Shown: positions 10,425-25,513 of the stretch, in pieces
Numbering within the stretch: position 1 is the first letter of the stretch
Layout of the letters: each line of letters begins with the position of its first letter
Origin: Eledone cirrhosa
Lineage: Eukaryota
Assembly: GCA_964016885.1 (NCBI GenBank)
Contig: OZ024741.1
Location: forward strand, 262,446,001 to 262,510,000
Reading direction: 5' to 3'
Length of the DNA: 64,000 bases
The notes under the pieces: generated by a model
Databases searched by the model: none
What the model was told of the DNA's origin: nothing
What the model saw: the letters and a program-made list of their open reading frames with translations, nothing else
Made by a program: the position numbers and the translations under genes

Positions 10425-13400
10425 GTTTCGCTTTACGAATGTTTCGACTTACGAGTGTTTCGACTTACGAGTGTTTCGGCTTACGAGTGTTTCGGCTCAC
10501 GAGTGTTTCGACTTAAGAGTGTTTCGACTAAACGAGTGTTTCGACTTACGAGTGCTTTTGCCATACGGGTGTTTCGGTTTACGAGTGTTTCGACTTACGA
10601 GTGTTCTGACTTACGAGTGTTCCGACTTACGAGTGTTTCGACTTACGAGTGTTTCGACTTACGAGTGTTCCGACCTACGAGTGTTTCGGCTTACGGGTGT
10701 TCCGACCTACGAGTGTTTCGACTGACGAGTGTTTTGACTTACGACTGTTTCGGCTTACGAGTGTTTCGACTTACGAGTGTTTCGACTTACGAGTGTTCTG
10801 ACTTACGAGTGTTCTGACTTACGAGTGTTCCGACTTACGAGTGTTTCGGCTTACGAGTGTTTCGACATGCGAGTGTTTTGACTTACGGATGTATCGACTT
10901 ACGGGTGTTTCGACTCACGAGTGTTTCTACTTACGAGTGTTTCGACTTACGAGTGTTTCGACTTACGAGTGTTTCGGCTTACGAGTGTTTCGGCTCACGA
11001 GTTTTTCGACTTACGAGTGTTTTGAATTACGAATGTTTTGCCTTACGGGTGTTTCGGTTTACGAGTGTTTTGACTTACGAGTATTCTGACTTACGAGTGT
11101 TCCGACTTACGGGTGTTTCGGCTTACGAGTGTTTCGACTTACGAGTGTTTTGTCTTACGATTGTTTCGGCTTACGAGTGTTTCGACTTACGAGTGTTTTG
11201 ACTTACGGGTGTTTTGACATACGAGTGTTTCGATACGAGTGTTCTGACTTACGAGTGTTCTGACTTACGAGTCTTCTGACTTACGGGTGTTCTGACTTAC
11301 GAGTGTTCCGACTTACGAGTGTTTCGACTACGAGTGTTTCGACTTACGAATGTTTTTGCTTACGAGTGTTTCGACTTACGAATGTTTTTGCTTACGAATG
11401 TTTTTGCTTACGAGTGTTCTGACTTACGAGTGTTTTGACTTACGAGTGTTCCGACTTACGAGTGTTTTGGTTTACGTGTGTTTCGACTTACGAATGTTTC
11501 GGCTTACGAGTGTTTCGACTTACGAGTGTTCCGACCTACGAGTGTTTCGGCTACGGATGTTCCGACTTACGAGTATTTTCGGCTTACGAGTGTTTTGACT
11601 TACGATTGTTTTGACTTACGATTGTTTCGGCTTACGAGTGTTTCGACATACGAGTGTTTCGATTTACGAGTGTTTTGACTTAAGAATATTTTGACTTACG
11701 GGTGTTTCGGCTTACGAGTGTTTAGACTTACGAGTGTTTTGGTTTACGTGTGTTTCGACTTACGAATGTTTCGGCTTACGAGTGTTTCGATTTACGAGTG
11801 TTTCGACTTACGGTTGTTCTGACTTACGGGTATTCCGACTTACGAGTGATTTGGCATACGAGTGTTTCGACTTACGAGTGTTTTCGGCTTACGAGTGTTT
11901 CGACTTACGAGTGTTTTGACTTACGATTGTTTCGGCTTACTAGTGTTTCGACTTACGAGTGTTTCGGCTTACGAGTGTTTCGTCTTATGAGTGTTTTGAC
12001 TTAAGGGTGTTTCGACGAGTGTTTCCTTACGAGTGTTTCGACTTACGGGTGTTCTGACTTACGAGTGTTCTGATTTACGGATGTTTCGAATTATGACTGT
12101 TTCGACTACGAGTGTTTCGACTTACGAGTGTTTCGACTACGAGTGTTTCGACTTACGAGTGTTCTGACTTACGAGTGTTCTGACTTACGGGTGTTCTGAC
12201 TTACGAGTGTTCCGACTTACGAGTGTTTCGTCTTATGAGTGTTTCGGCTTACGAGCGTTTCGACTACGAGTGTTTCGACTTACGAATGTTTTTGCTAACG
12301 AGTGTTTCGACTTACGAATGTTTTTGCTTACGAGTGTTTCGGCTTACGAGTGTTTCGACTTACAAGTGTTTCGACTTACGAGTGTTTTGACTTACGGTGT
12401 TTCGGCTTACGAGTGTTTCGACATACGAGTGTTTTGACTTACCGGTGTTTCGACTTACGGGTGTTTCGACTTACGAGAGTTTCGACTTACGAGTGTTCTG
12501 ACTTACGAGTGTTCTGACTTACGAGTGTTCCGACTTGCGAGTGTTTCGGGTTACGAGTGTTTCGACATGCGTTTTTTTTTACTTACGGATGTTTCGACTT
12601 ACGGGTGTTTCGACTCACGAGTGTTTCTACTTACGAGTGTTTCGACTTACGAGTGTTCCGACTTACGAGTGTTTTAACTTACGAGTGTTCCGACTTACGA
12701 GTGTTTCGGCTTACGAGTGTTTCGGCTCACGAGTGTTTCGACTTAGGAGTGTTCCGACTTACGAGTGTTTCGGCTACGGATGTTCCGACTTACGAGTATT
12801 TTCGGCTTACGAGTGTTTTGACTTACGATTGTTTTGACTTACGGGTATTTCGGCTTACGAGTGTTTCGACTTACGGTTGTTCTGACTTACGGGTATTCCG
12901 ACTTACGATTGATTTGGCATACGAGTGTTTCGACTTACGAGTGTTTTCGGCTTACGAGTGTTTCGACTTACGAGTGTTTTGACTTACGATTGTTTCGGCT
13001 TACGAGTGTTTAGACTTACGAGTGTTTCGGCTTACGATTGTTTCGTCTTATGAGTGTTTTGACTTAAGGGTGTTTCGACGAGTGTTTCGATACGAGTGTT
13101 TCGATTTACGGGTGTTCTGACTTACGAGTGTTCTGACTTACGGGTGTTCTGACTTACGAGTGTTCCGACTTACGAGTGTTTCGGCTTATGAGTGTTTCGG
13201 CTTACGAGCGTTTCGACTACGCGTGTTTCGACTTACGAATGTTTTTGCTAACGAGTGTTTCGACTTACGAATGTTTTTGCTTACGAGTGTTTCGGCTTAC
13301 GAGTGTTTCGACTTACAAGTATTTCGACTTACGAGTGTTCTGACTTACGAGTGTTCTGACTTACGAGTGTTCCGACTTACGAGTGTTTCGGCTTACGAGT

Positions 13401-13682
13401 GTTTCGGCTTACGTGTGTTTCGGCTTACGAGTGTTTCGACTTACGAGTGTTCCGACTTACGAGTGTTTCGACTTACGAGTGTTTTGGCTTACGGTGTTTC
13501 GGCTTACGAATGTTTTGACTTACGAGTGTTTTGACTTACGGGTGTTTTGACATACGAGTGTTTCGATACGAGTGTTCTGACTTACGAGTGTTCTGACTTA
13601 CGAGTGTTCTGACTTACGAGTGTTCCGACTTACGAGTGTTTCGGCTCAAGAGTGTTTCGGCTTACGAGTGTTTCGACTACGA

Positions 13683-13751
13683 AAATAACAAATAGACGCG
13701 GTTTCAAATCTCTATGCTTTTAAAGTTCATTACATTAATCTTTATTTATAC
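13683..13751. repeat. 69-bp AT-rich spacer, class S3
   Basis: Copy of 7505 at +6178. Confidence 0.95.
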
Positions 13752-16533
13752 GTTTCGCTTTACGAATGTTTCGACTTACGAGTGTTTCGACTTACGAGTG
13801 TTTCGGCTTACGAGTGTTTCGGCTCACGAGTGTTTCGACTTACGAGTGTTTCGACTTACGAGTGTTTTGACTTACGTGTGTTTCGACTTACGAGTGTTTT
13901 GGTTTACGTGTGTTTCGACTTACGAATGTTTCGGCTTACGAGTGTTTCGACTTACGAGTGTTTTGACTTACGGGTGTTTCGACTTACGAGTGTTTTGGTT
14001 TACGTGTGTTTCGACTTACGAATGTTTCGGCTTACGAGTGTTTCGACTTACGAGTGTTTCGACTTACGGTTGTTCTGACTTACGGGTATTCCGACTTACG
14101 AGTGATTTGGCATACGAGTGTTTCGACTTACGAGTGTTTTCGGCTTACGAGTGTTTCGACTTACGAGTGTTTCGACTTACGAATGTTTCGACATGCGAGT
14201 TTTTTTACTTACGGATGTTTCGACTTACGGGTGTTTCGACTCACGAGTGTTTCTACTTACGAGTGTTTCGACTTACGAGTGTTCCGACTTACGAGTGTTT
14301 TGACTTACGAGTGTTCCGACTTACGAGTGTTTCGGCTTACGAGTGTTTCGGCTCACGAGTGTTCCGACTTACGAGTGTTCCGACTTACGAGTGTTTCGGC
14401 TACGGATGTTCCGACTTACGAGTATTTTCGGCTTACGAGTGTTTTGACGTACGATTGTTTTGACTTACGGGTATTTCGGCTTACGAGTGTTTCGACTTAC
14501 GAGTGTTTCGACTTACGAGTGTTTTGACTTACGGGTGTTTCGACTTACGAGTGTTTTGGTTTACGTGTGTTTCGACTTACGAATGCTTCGGTTTACGAGT
14601 GTTTCGACTTACGAGTGTTTTGACTTACGGGTGTTTCGACTTACGAGTGTTTTGGTTTACGAGTGTTTCGACTTACGAATGTTTCGTCTTACGAGTGTTT
14701 CGACTTACGAGTGTTTAAACTTGCGAGTGTTTTGACTTACGGGTGTTTCGACTTACGAGTGTTTTGGTTTACGTGTGTTTCGACTTACGAGTGTTTCGAC
14801 TTACGAGTGTTTCGACTTACGAGTGTTTTGACTTACGGGTGTTTCGACTTACGAGTGTTTTGGTTTACGTGTGTTTCGACTTACGAATGTTTCGACTTAC
14901 GAGTGTTTTGACTTACGATTGTTTCGGCTTACGAGTGTTTCGACTTACGAGTGTTTCGGCTTACGAGTGTTTCGGCTTACGAGTGTTTCGGCTTACGAGT
15001 GTTTCGACTTACGGGTGTTCTGGCTTACGAGTGTTCTGATTTACGGATGTTTCGACTTATGAGTGTTTCGACTACGAGTGTTTCGACTTACGAGTGTTTC
15101 GACTACGAGTGTTTCGACTTACGAGTGTTTCGACTTACGAGTGTTCTGATACGAGTGTTCTGACTTACGAGTGTTCCGACTTACGAGTGTTTCGGCTTAC
15201 GAGTGTTTCGGCTTACGTGTGTTTCGACTTACGAGTGTTTTGGCTTACGGTGTTTCGGCTTACGAATGTTTTGACTTACGAGTGTTTTGACTTACGAGTG
15301 TTCCGACTTACGGGTGTTTCGACTTACGAGTGTTTTGACTTACGAGTGTTTTGACTTACGAGTGTTCCGACTTACGAGTGTTTCGGCTTACGAGTGTTTC
15401 GGCTCACGAGTGTTTCGACTTACGAGTGTTTTGAATTACGAATGTTTTGCCTTACGGGTGTTTCGGTTTACGGGTGTTTTGACTTACGAGTGTTCTGACT
15501 TACGAGTGTTCCGGCTTACGAGTGTTTCGGCTTACGAGTGTTTTGGTTTACGTGTGTTTCGACTTACGAATGTTTCGGCTTACGAGTGTTTCGACTTACG
15601 AGTGTTCCGACCTACGAGTGTTTCGGCTACGGATGTTCCGACTTACGGGTGTTTCGGCTTATGAGTGTTTCGAATTACGAGTGTTTTGACTTACGGGTGT
15701 TTCGACTTACGAGTGTTTTGGTTTACGTGTGTTTCGACTTACGAATGTTTCGGCTTACGAGTGTTTCGACTTACGAGTGTTTAAACTTACGAGTGTTTTG
15801 ACTTACGGGTGTTTCGACTTACGAGTGTTTTGGTTTACGTGTGTTTCGACTTACAAATGTTTCGACTTACGAGTGTTTTGACTTACGATTGTTTCGGCTT
15901 ACGAGTGTTTCGACTTACGAGTGTTTCGGCTTACGAGTGTTTCGGCTTACGAGTGTTTTGACTTAAGGGTGTTTCGACGAGTGTTTCGATACGAGTGTTT
16001 TGACTTACGATTGTTTCGGCTTACGAGTGTTTCGACTTACGAGTGTTTTGACTTACGATTGTTTCGACTTACGAGTGTTTTGACTTACGAGTGTTTCGGC
16101 TTATGAGTGTTTCGACTTACGAGTGTTTTGACTTACGGGTGTTTCGACTACGAGTGTTTCGACTTACGAGTGTTCTGACTTACGAGTGTTCTGACTTACG
16201 AGTGTTCCGACTTACGAGTGTTTCGGCTTACGAGTGTTTCGGCTTACGTGTGTTTCTTCTTACGAGTGTTTCGACTTACGAGTGTTCCGACTTACGAGTG
16301 TTTCGACCTACGAGTGTTTTGACTTACGGTGTTTCGGCTTACGAATGTTTTGACTTACGAGTGTTTTGACTTACGGGTGTTTTGACATACGAGTGTTTCG
16401 ATACGAGTGTTCTGACTTATGAGTGTTCTGACTTACGATTGTTCTGACTTACGAGTGTTCTGACTTACGAGTGTTCCGACTTACGAGTGTTTCGGCTCAC
16501 GAGTGTTTCGGCTTACGAGTGTTTCGACTACGA

Positions 16534-16602
16534 AAATAACAAATAGACGCGGTTTCAAATCTCTATGCTTTTCAAGTTCATTACATTAATCTTTATTTAT
16601 AC
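16534..16602. repeat. 69-bp AT-rich spacer, class S4
   Basis: Copy of 10356 at +6178. Confidence 0.95.
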
Positions 16603-19600
16603 GTTTCGCTTTACGAATGTTTCGACTTACGAGTGTTTCGACTTACGAGTGTTTCGGCTTACGAGTGTTTCGGCTCACGAGTGTTTCGACTTAAGAGTGT
16701 TTCGACTAAACGAGTGTTTCGACTTACGAGTGCTTTTGCCATACGGGTGTTTCGGTTTACGAGTGTTTCGACTTACGAGTGTTCTGACTTACGAGTGTTC
16801 CGACTTACGAGTGTTTCGACTTACGAGTGTTTCGACTTACGAGTGTTCCGACCTACGAGTGTTTCGGCTTACGGGTGTTCCGACCTACGAGTGTTTCGAC
16901 TGACGAGTGTTTTGACTTACGACTGTTTCGGCTTACGAGTGTTTCGACTTACGAGTGTTTCGACTTACGAGTGTTCTGACTTACGAGTGTTCTGACTTAC
17001 GAGTGTTCCGACTTACGAGTGTTTCGGCTTACGAGTGTTTCGACATGCGAGTGTTTTGACTTACGGATGTATCGACTTACGGGTGTTTCGACTCACGAGT
17101 GTTTCTACTTACGAGTGTTTCGACTTACGAGTGTTTCGACTTACGAGTGTTTCGGCTTACGAGTGTTTCGGCTCACGAGTTTTTCGACTTACGAGTGTTT
17201 TGAATTACGAATGTTTTGCCTTACGGGTGTTTCGGTTTACGAGTGTTTTGACTTACGAGTATTCTGACTTACGAGTGTTCCGACTTACGGGTGTTTCGGC
17301 TTACGAGTGTTTCGACTTACGAGTGTTTTGTCTTACGATTGTTTCGGCTTACGAGTGTTTCGACTTACGAGTGTTTTGACTTACGGGTGTTTTGACATAC
17401 GAGTGTTTCGATACGAGTGTTCTGACTTACGAGTGTTCTGACTTACGAGTCTTCTGACTTACGGGTGTTCTGACTTACGAGTGTTCCGACTTACGAGTGT
17501 TTCGACTACGAGTGTTTCGACTTACGAATGTTTTTGCTTACGAGTGTTTCGACTTACGAATGTTTTTGCTTACGAATGTTTTTGCTTACGAGTGTTCTGA
17601 CTTACGAGTGTTTTGACTTACGAGTGTTCCGACTTACGAGTGTTTTGGTTTACGTGTGTTTCGACTTACGAATGTTTCGGCTTACGAGTGTTTCGACTTA
17701 CGAGTGTTCCGACCTACGAGTGTTTCGGCTACGGATGTTCCGACTTACGAGTATTTTCGGCTTACGAGTGTTTTGACTTACGATTGTTTTGACTTACGAT
17801 TGTTTCGGCTTACGAGTGTTTCGACATACGAGTGTTTCGATTTACGAGTGTTTTGACTTAAGAATATTTTGACTTACGGGTGTTTCGGCTTACGAGTGTT
17901 TAGACTTACGAGTGTTTTGACTTACGGGTGTTTCGACTTACGAGTGTTTTGGTTTACGTGTGTCTCGACTTACGAATGTTTCGGCTTACGAGTGTTTCGA
18001 CTTACTAGTGTTTCGACTTACGGTTGTTCTGACTTACTGGTATTCCGACTTACGAGTGATTTGGCATACGAGTGTTTCGACTTACGAGTGTTTTCGGCTT
18101 ACGAGTGTTTCGACTTACGAGTGTTTTGACTTACGATTGTTTCGGCTTACGAGTGTTTCGACTTACGAGTGTTTCGGCTTACGAGTGTTTCGGCTTATGA
18201 GTGTTTTGACTTAAAGGTGTTTCGACGAGTGTTTCGATACGAGTGTTTCGACTTACGGGTGTTCTGACTTACGAGTGTTCTGATTTACGGATGTTTCGAA
18301 TTATGAGTGTTTCGACTACGAGTGTTTCGACTTACGAGTGTTTCGACTACGAGTGTTTTGACTTACGAGTGTTCTGACTTACGAGTGTTCTGACTTACGT
18401 GTGTTCTGACTTACGAGTGTTCCGACTTACGAGTGTTTCGGCTTATGAGTGTTTCGGCTTACGAGCGTTTCGACTAGGAGTGTTTCGACTTACGAATGTT
18501 TTTGCTAACGAGTGTTTCGACTTACAAGTGTTTCGACTTACGAGCGTTTTGACTTACGGTGTTTCGGCTTACGAGTGTTTCGACATACGAGTGTTTTGAC
18601 TTACCGGTGTTTCGACTTACGGGTGTTTCGACTTACGAGAGTTTCGACTTACGAGTGCTCTGACTTACGAGTGTTCTGACTTACGAGTGTTCCGACTTGC
18701 GGGTGTTCTGACTTACGAGTGTTCCGACTTACGAGTGTTTCGACTTATGAGTGTTTCGGCTTACGAGCGTTTCGACTACGAGTGTTTCGACTTACGAATG
18801 TTTTTGCTTACGAGTGTTTCGACTTACGAATGTTTTTGCTTACGAATGTTTTTGCTTACGAGTGTTCTGACTTACGAGTGTTTTGACTTACGAGTGTTCC
18901 GACTTACGAGTGTTTTGGTTTACGTGTGTTTCGACTTACGAATGTTTCGGCTTACGAGTGTTTCGACTTACGAGTGTTCCGACCTACGAGTGTTTCGGCT
19001 ACGGATGTTCCGACTTACGAGTATTTTCGGCTTACGAGTGTTTCGACTTACGAGTGTTTTGACTTACGGGTGTTTCGACTTACGAGTGTTTTGGTTTACG
19101 TGTGTTTCGACTTACGAATGTTTCGGCTTACGAGTGTTTCGATTTACGAGTGTTTCGACTTACGGTTGTTCTGACTTACGGGTATTCCGACTTACGAGTG
19201 ATTTGGCATACGAGTGTTTCGACTTACGAGTGTTTTCGGCTTACGAGTGTTTCGACTTACGAGTGTTTTGACTTACGATTGTTTCGGCTTACGAGTGTTT
19301 CGACTTACGAGTGTTTCGGCAAACGAGTGTTTCGTCTTATGAGTGTTTTGACTTAAGGGTGTTTCGACGAGTGTTTCCTTACGAGTGTTTCGACTTACGG
19401 GTGTTTTGACATACGAGTGTTTCGACTAACTAATGTTTTTACTTACGAGTGTTTCGGCGTACGAATGTTTTGACTTACGGGTGTTTCGGCTTACCAGTGT
19501 TTCGACTTACGAGTCTTTCGGCTTACGAGTGTTTCGACTTACTAATGTTTTTACTTACGAGTGTTTCGGCGTACGAGTGTTTCGACTTACGAGTGTTTCG

Positions 19601-20599
19601 ACTTACGGGTGTTTTGACTTACGGGTGTTTCGGCTTACGAGTGTTTCGACTTACGAGTGTTTTGACTTAAGGGTGTTTCGACTTACGAGTATTTTTGGCT
19701 TACGAGTGTTTCGACTTACGAGTGTTTTGACTTACGAGTGATCTGATTTACAGATGTTTCGACATACGAGTGTTTCGACTTACGAGTGTTTCGACTTATG
19801 AGTATTTCGACTTACGAGTGTTTCGACTTACGAGTGTTTCGACTTACGAGTGTTCCGACTTACGAGTGTTTCGGCTTACGAGTGTTTCCGGCTTACGAGT
19901 GTTTCGACTTACGAGTGTTTTGACTTACGGTGTTTCGGCTTACGAGTGATTCGACTTACGAATGTTTTGACTTACGGGTGTTTCGGCTTGCGAGTGTTTC
20001 GACTTACGAGTGTTTCGGCTTGCGAGTGTTTCGACTTACTAATGTTTTTACTTACGAGTGTTTCGGCGTACGAGTGTTTCGACTTACGAGTGTTTCGACT
20101 TACGGGTGCTTTGACTTACGGGTGTTTCGGCTTACGAGTGTTTCGACTTACGAGTGTTTTGACTTAAGGGTGTTGCGACTTACGAGTGTTTCGACTTACG
20201 TGTGTTTCGACTTACGAGTGTTTCGGCTTACGAATGTTTTGACTTAAGGATGTTTCGACTTACGAGTGTTTCGATACGAGTGTTCTGACTTACGAGTGTT
20301 CTGACTTACGAGTGTTTTGACTTACGAGTGTTCTGACTTACGAGTGTTCCGACTTACGTGTGTTCCGACTTACGAGTGTTCTGACTTACGAGCGTTCTGA
20401 TTTACGAGTGTTCCGACTTACGAGTGTTTCGGCTTACGAGTGTTTCGGCTTACGAGTGTTTCGACATACGAGTGTTTCGACTTACGAGTGTTCCGACTAA
20501 CGAGTGTTCCGACTTACGAGTGTTTCGGCTTACGAGTGTTTCGGCTTACGAGTGTTTCGACTTACGAATGTTTCGGCTTACGAGTGTTTCGACTTACGA

Positions 20600-20668
20600 A
20601 AATAACAAATAGACCCGGTTTCAAATCTCTATGCTTTTCAAATTCATTACATTAATCTTTATTTATAC
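20600..20668. repeat. 69-bp AT-rich spacer, class S5
   Basis: Same spacer; gacccgg and caaattc variants. Confidence 0.95.
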
Positions 20669-23600
20669 GTTTCGCTTTACGTGTGTTTCGGCTTACGAGT
20701 GTTTCGACTTACGAGTGTTTTTACTTACGGTGTTTCGGCTTACTAGTGTTTCGACATACGAGTGTTTTGACTTACGGGTGTTTCGACTTACGAGTGTTTT
20801 TACTTACGAATGTTTTGACTTACGGGTGTTTCGGCTTACCAGTGTTTCGACTTACGAGTGTTTCGGCTTACGAGTGTTTCGACTTACTAAGGTTTTACTT
20901 ACGAGTGTTTCGGCGTACGAGAGTTTTGACTTACGAGTGTTTCGACTTACGAGTGTTTCGACTTACGAGTGTTTTGACTTACGAATGTTTTGACTTACGG
21001 GTGTTTCGGCTTACGGGTGTTTTGACTTACGGGTGTTTCGGCTTACGAGTGTTTCGACTTACGAGTGTTTTGACTTACGAGTGTTCTGATTTACGGATGT
21101 TTCGACATACGAGTGTTTAGACTTACGAGTGTTTCGACTTACGAGTGTTTCGGCTTACGAGTGTTTCGACTTACGAGTGTTTTGACTTACGGTGTTTCGG
21201 CTTACGAGTGTTTCGACTTACGAGTGTTTTAACTTACGGGTGTTTTGACATACGAGTGTTTCGACTAACTAATGTTTTTACTTACGAGTGTTTCGGCGTA
21301 CGAGAGTTTGGACTTACGAGTGTTTCGACTTACGAGTGTTTCGACTTACGAGCGTTTTGACTTACGAATGTTTTGACTTACGGGTGTTTCGGCTTACCAG
21401 TGTTTCGACTTACGAGTCTTTCGGCTTACGAGTGTTTCGACTTACTAATGTTTTTACTTACGAGTGTTTCGGCGTACGAGTGTTTCGACTTACGAGTGTT
21501 TCGACTTACGTGTGTTTTGACTTACGGGTGTTTCGGCTTAGGAGTGTTTCGACTTACGAGTGTTTTGACTTAAGGGTGTTTCGACTTACGAGTATTTTTG
21601 GCTTACGGGTGTTTCGACTTACGAGTGTTTTGACTTACGAGTGATCTGATTTACGGATGTTTCGACATACGAGTGTTTCGACTTACGAGTGTTTCGACTT
21701 ATGAGTATTTCGACTTACGAGTGTTTCGACTTACGAGTGTTTCGACTTACGAGTGTTCCGACTTACGAGTGTTTCGGCTTACGAGTGTTTCCGGCTTACG
21801 AGTGTTTCGACTTACGAGTGTTTTGACTTACGGTGTTTCGGCTTACGAGTGATTCGACTTACGAGTGTTTTGACTTACGGGTGTTTTGACTTACGGGTGT
21901 TGTGAATTACGAGTGTTCCGATTTACGAGTGTTTTGACTTACGGTGTTTCGGCTTACGAGTGATTCGACTTACGAATGTTTTGACCTACGGGTGTTTCGG
22001 CTTGCGAGTGTTTCGACTTACGAGTGTTTCGGCTTGCGAGTGTTTCGACTTACTAATGTTTTTACTTACGAGTGTTTCGGCGTACGAGTGTTTCGACTTA
22101 CGAGTGTTTCGACTTACGTGTGCTTTGAATTACGGGTGTTTCGGCTTACGAGTGTTTCGACTTACGAGTGTTTTGTCTTACGATTGTTTCGGCTTACGAG
22201 TGTTTCGACTTACGAGTGTTTTGACTTACGGGTGTTTTGACATACGAGTGTTTCGATACGAGTGTTCTGACTTACGAGTGTTCTGACTTACGAGTCTTCT
22301 GACTTACGGGTGTTCTGACTTACGAGTGTTCCGACTTACGAGTGTTTCGACTACGAGTGTTTCGACTTACGAATGTTTTTGCTTACGTGTGTTTCGACTT
22401 ACGAATGTTTTTGCTTACGAATGTTTTTGCTTACGAGTGTTCTGACTTACGAGTGTTTTGACTTACGAGTGTTCCGACTTACGAGTGTTTTGGTTTACGT
22501 GTGTTTCGACTTACGAATGTTTCGGCTTACGAGTGTTTCGACTTACGAGTGTTCCGACCTACGAGTGTTTCGGCTACGGATGTTCCGACTTACGAGTATT
22601 TTCGGCTTACGAGTGTTTTGACTTACGATTGTTTTGACTTACGATTGTTTCGGCTTACGAGTGTTTCGACATACGAGTGTTTCGATTTACGAGTGTTTTG
22701 ACTTAAGAATATTTTGACTTACGGGTGTTTCGGCTTACGAGTGTTTCGACTTACGAGTGTTTTGACTTACGGGTGTTTCGACTTACGAGTGTTTTGGTTT
22801 ACGTGTGTCTCGACTTACGAATGTTTCGGCTTACGAGTGTTTCGACTTACTAGTGTTTCGACTTACGGTTGTTCTGACTTACTGGTATTCCTACTTACGA
22901 GTGATTTGGCATACGAGTGTTTCGACTTACGAGTGTTTTCGGCTTACGAGTGTTTCGACTTACGAGTGTTTTGACTTACGATTGTTTCGGCTTACGAGTG
23001 TTTCGACTTACGAGTGTTTCGGCTTACGAGTGTTTCGGCTTATGAGTGTTTTGACTTAAAGGTGTTTCGACGAGTGTTTCGATACGAGTGTTTCGACTTA
23101 CGGGTGTTCTGACTTACGAGTGTTCTGATTTACGGATGTTTCGAATTATGAGTGTTTCGACTACGAGTGTTTCGACTTACGAGTGTTTCGACTACGAGTG
23201 TTTTGACTTACGAGTGTTCTGACTTACGAGTGTTCTGACTTACGTGTGTTCTGACTTACGAGTGTTCCGACTTACGAGTGTTTCGGCTTATGAGTGTTTC
23301 GGCTTACGAGCGTTTCGACTAGGAGTGTTTCGACTTACGAATGTTTTTGCTAACGAGTGTTTCGACTTACAAGTGTTTCGACTTACGAGCGTTTTGACTT
23401 ACGGTGTTTCGGCTTACGAGTGTTTCGACATACGAGTGTTTTGACTTACCGGTGTTTCGACTTACGGGTGTTTCGACTTACGAGAGTTTCGACTTACGAG
23501 TGCTCTGACTTACGAGTGTTCTGACTTACGAGTGTTCCGACTTGCGGGTGTTCTGACTTACGAGTGTTCCGACTTACGAGTGTTTCGACTTATGAGTGTT

Positions 23601-25444
23601 TCGGCTTACGAGCGTTTCGACTACGAGTGTTTCGACTTACGAATGTTTTTGCTTACGAGTGTTTCGACTTACGAATGTTTTTGCTTACGAATGTTTTTGC
23701 TTACGAGTGTTCTGACTTACGAGTGTTTTGACTTACGAGTGTTCCGACTTACGAGTGTTTTGGTTTACGTGTGTTTCGACTTACGAATGTTTCGGCTTAC
23801 GAGTGTTTCGACTTACGAGTGTTCCGACCTACGAGTGTTTCGGCTACGGATGTTCCGACTTACGAGTATTTTCGGCTTACGAGTGTTTCGACTTACGAGT
23901 GTTTTGACTTACGGGTGTTTCGACTTACGAGTGTTTTGGTTTACGTGTGTTTCGACTTACGAATGTTTCGGCTTACGAGTGTTTCGATTTACGAGTGTTT
24001 CGACTTACGGTTGTTCTGACTTACGGGTATTCCGACTTACGAGTGATTTGGCATACGAGTGTTTCGACTTACGAGTGTTTTCGGCTTACGAGTGTTTCGA
24101 CTTACGAGTGTTTTGACTTACGATTGTTTCGGCTTACGAGTGTTTCGACTTACGAGTGTTTCGGCAAACGAGTGTTTCGTCTTATGAGTGTTTTGACTTA
24201 AGGGTGTTTCGACGAGTGTTTCCTTACGAGTGTTTCGACTTACGGGTGTTTTGACATACGAGTGTTTCGACTAACTAATGTTTTTACTTACGAGTGTTTC
24301 GGCGTACGAATGTTTTGACTTACGGGTGTTTCGGCTTACCAGTGTTTCGACTTACGAGTCTTTCGGCTTACGAGTGTTTCGACTTACTAATGTTTTTACT
24401 TACGAGTGTTTCGGCGTACGAGTGTTTCGACTTACGAGTGTTTCGACTTACGGGTGTTTTGACTTACGGGTGTTTCGGCTTACGAGTGTTTCGACTTACG
24501 AGTGTTTTGACTTAAGGGTGTTTCGACTTACGAGTATTTTTGGCTTACGAGTGTTTCGACTTACGAGTGTTTTGACTTACGAGTGATCTGATTTACAGAT
24601 GTTTCGACATACGAGTGTTTCGACTTACGAGTGTTTCGACTTATGAGTATTTCGACTTACGAGTGTTTCGACTTACGAGTGTTTCGACTTACGAGTGTTC
24701 CGACTTACGAGTGTTTCGGCTTACGAGTGTTTCCGGCTTACGAGTGTTTCGACTTACGAGTGTTTTGACTTACGGTGTTTCGGCTTACGAGTGATTCGAC
24801 TTACGAATGTTTTGACTTACGGGTGTTTCGGCTTGCGAGTGTTTCGACTTACGAGTGTTTCGGCTTGCGAGTGTTTCGACTTACTAATGTTTTTACTTAC
24901 GAGTGTTTCGGCGTACGAGTGTTTCGACTTACGAGTGTTTCGACTTACGGGTGCTTTGACTTACGGGTGTTTCGGCTTACGAGTGTTTCGACTTACGAGT
25001 GTTTTGACTTAAGGGTGTTGCGACTTACGAGTGTTTCGACTTACGTGTGTTTCGACTTACGAGTGTTTCGGCTTACGAATGTTTTGACTTAAGGATGTTT
25101 CGACTTACGAGTGTTTCGATACGAGTGTTCTGACTTACGAGTGTTCTGACTTACGAGTGTTTTGACTTACGAGTGTTCTGACTTACGAGTGTTCCGACTT
25201 ACGTGTGTTCCGACTTACGAGTGTTCTGACTTACGAGCGTTCTGATTTACGAGTGTTCCGACTTACGAGTGTTTCGGCTTACGAGTGTTTCGGCTTACGA
25301 GTGTTTCGACATACGAGTGTTTCGACTTACGAGTGTTCCGACTAACGAGTGTTCCGACTTACGAGTGTTTCGGCTTACGAGTGTTTCGGCTTACGAGTGT
25401 TTCGACTTACGAATGTTTCGGCTTACGAGTGTTTCGACTTACGA

Positions 25445-25513
25445 AAATAACAAATAGACCCGGTTTCAAATCTCTATGCTTTTCAAATTCATTACATTAA
25501 TCTTTATTTATAC
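25445..25513. repeat. 69-bp AT-rich spacer, class S5
   Basis: Copy of 20600 at +4845. Confidence 0.95.

Larger units (their letters stand above)
5547..17919 (+). repeat. Tandem duplication, period 6,178 bp
   Basis: ORF pairs 5572/11750, 7536/13714, 10387/16565 and 11478/17656 share identical translations at a constant offset; rare variants are shared. Confidence 0.93.
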
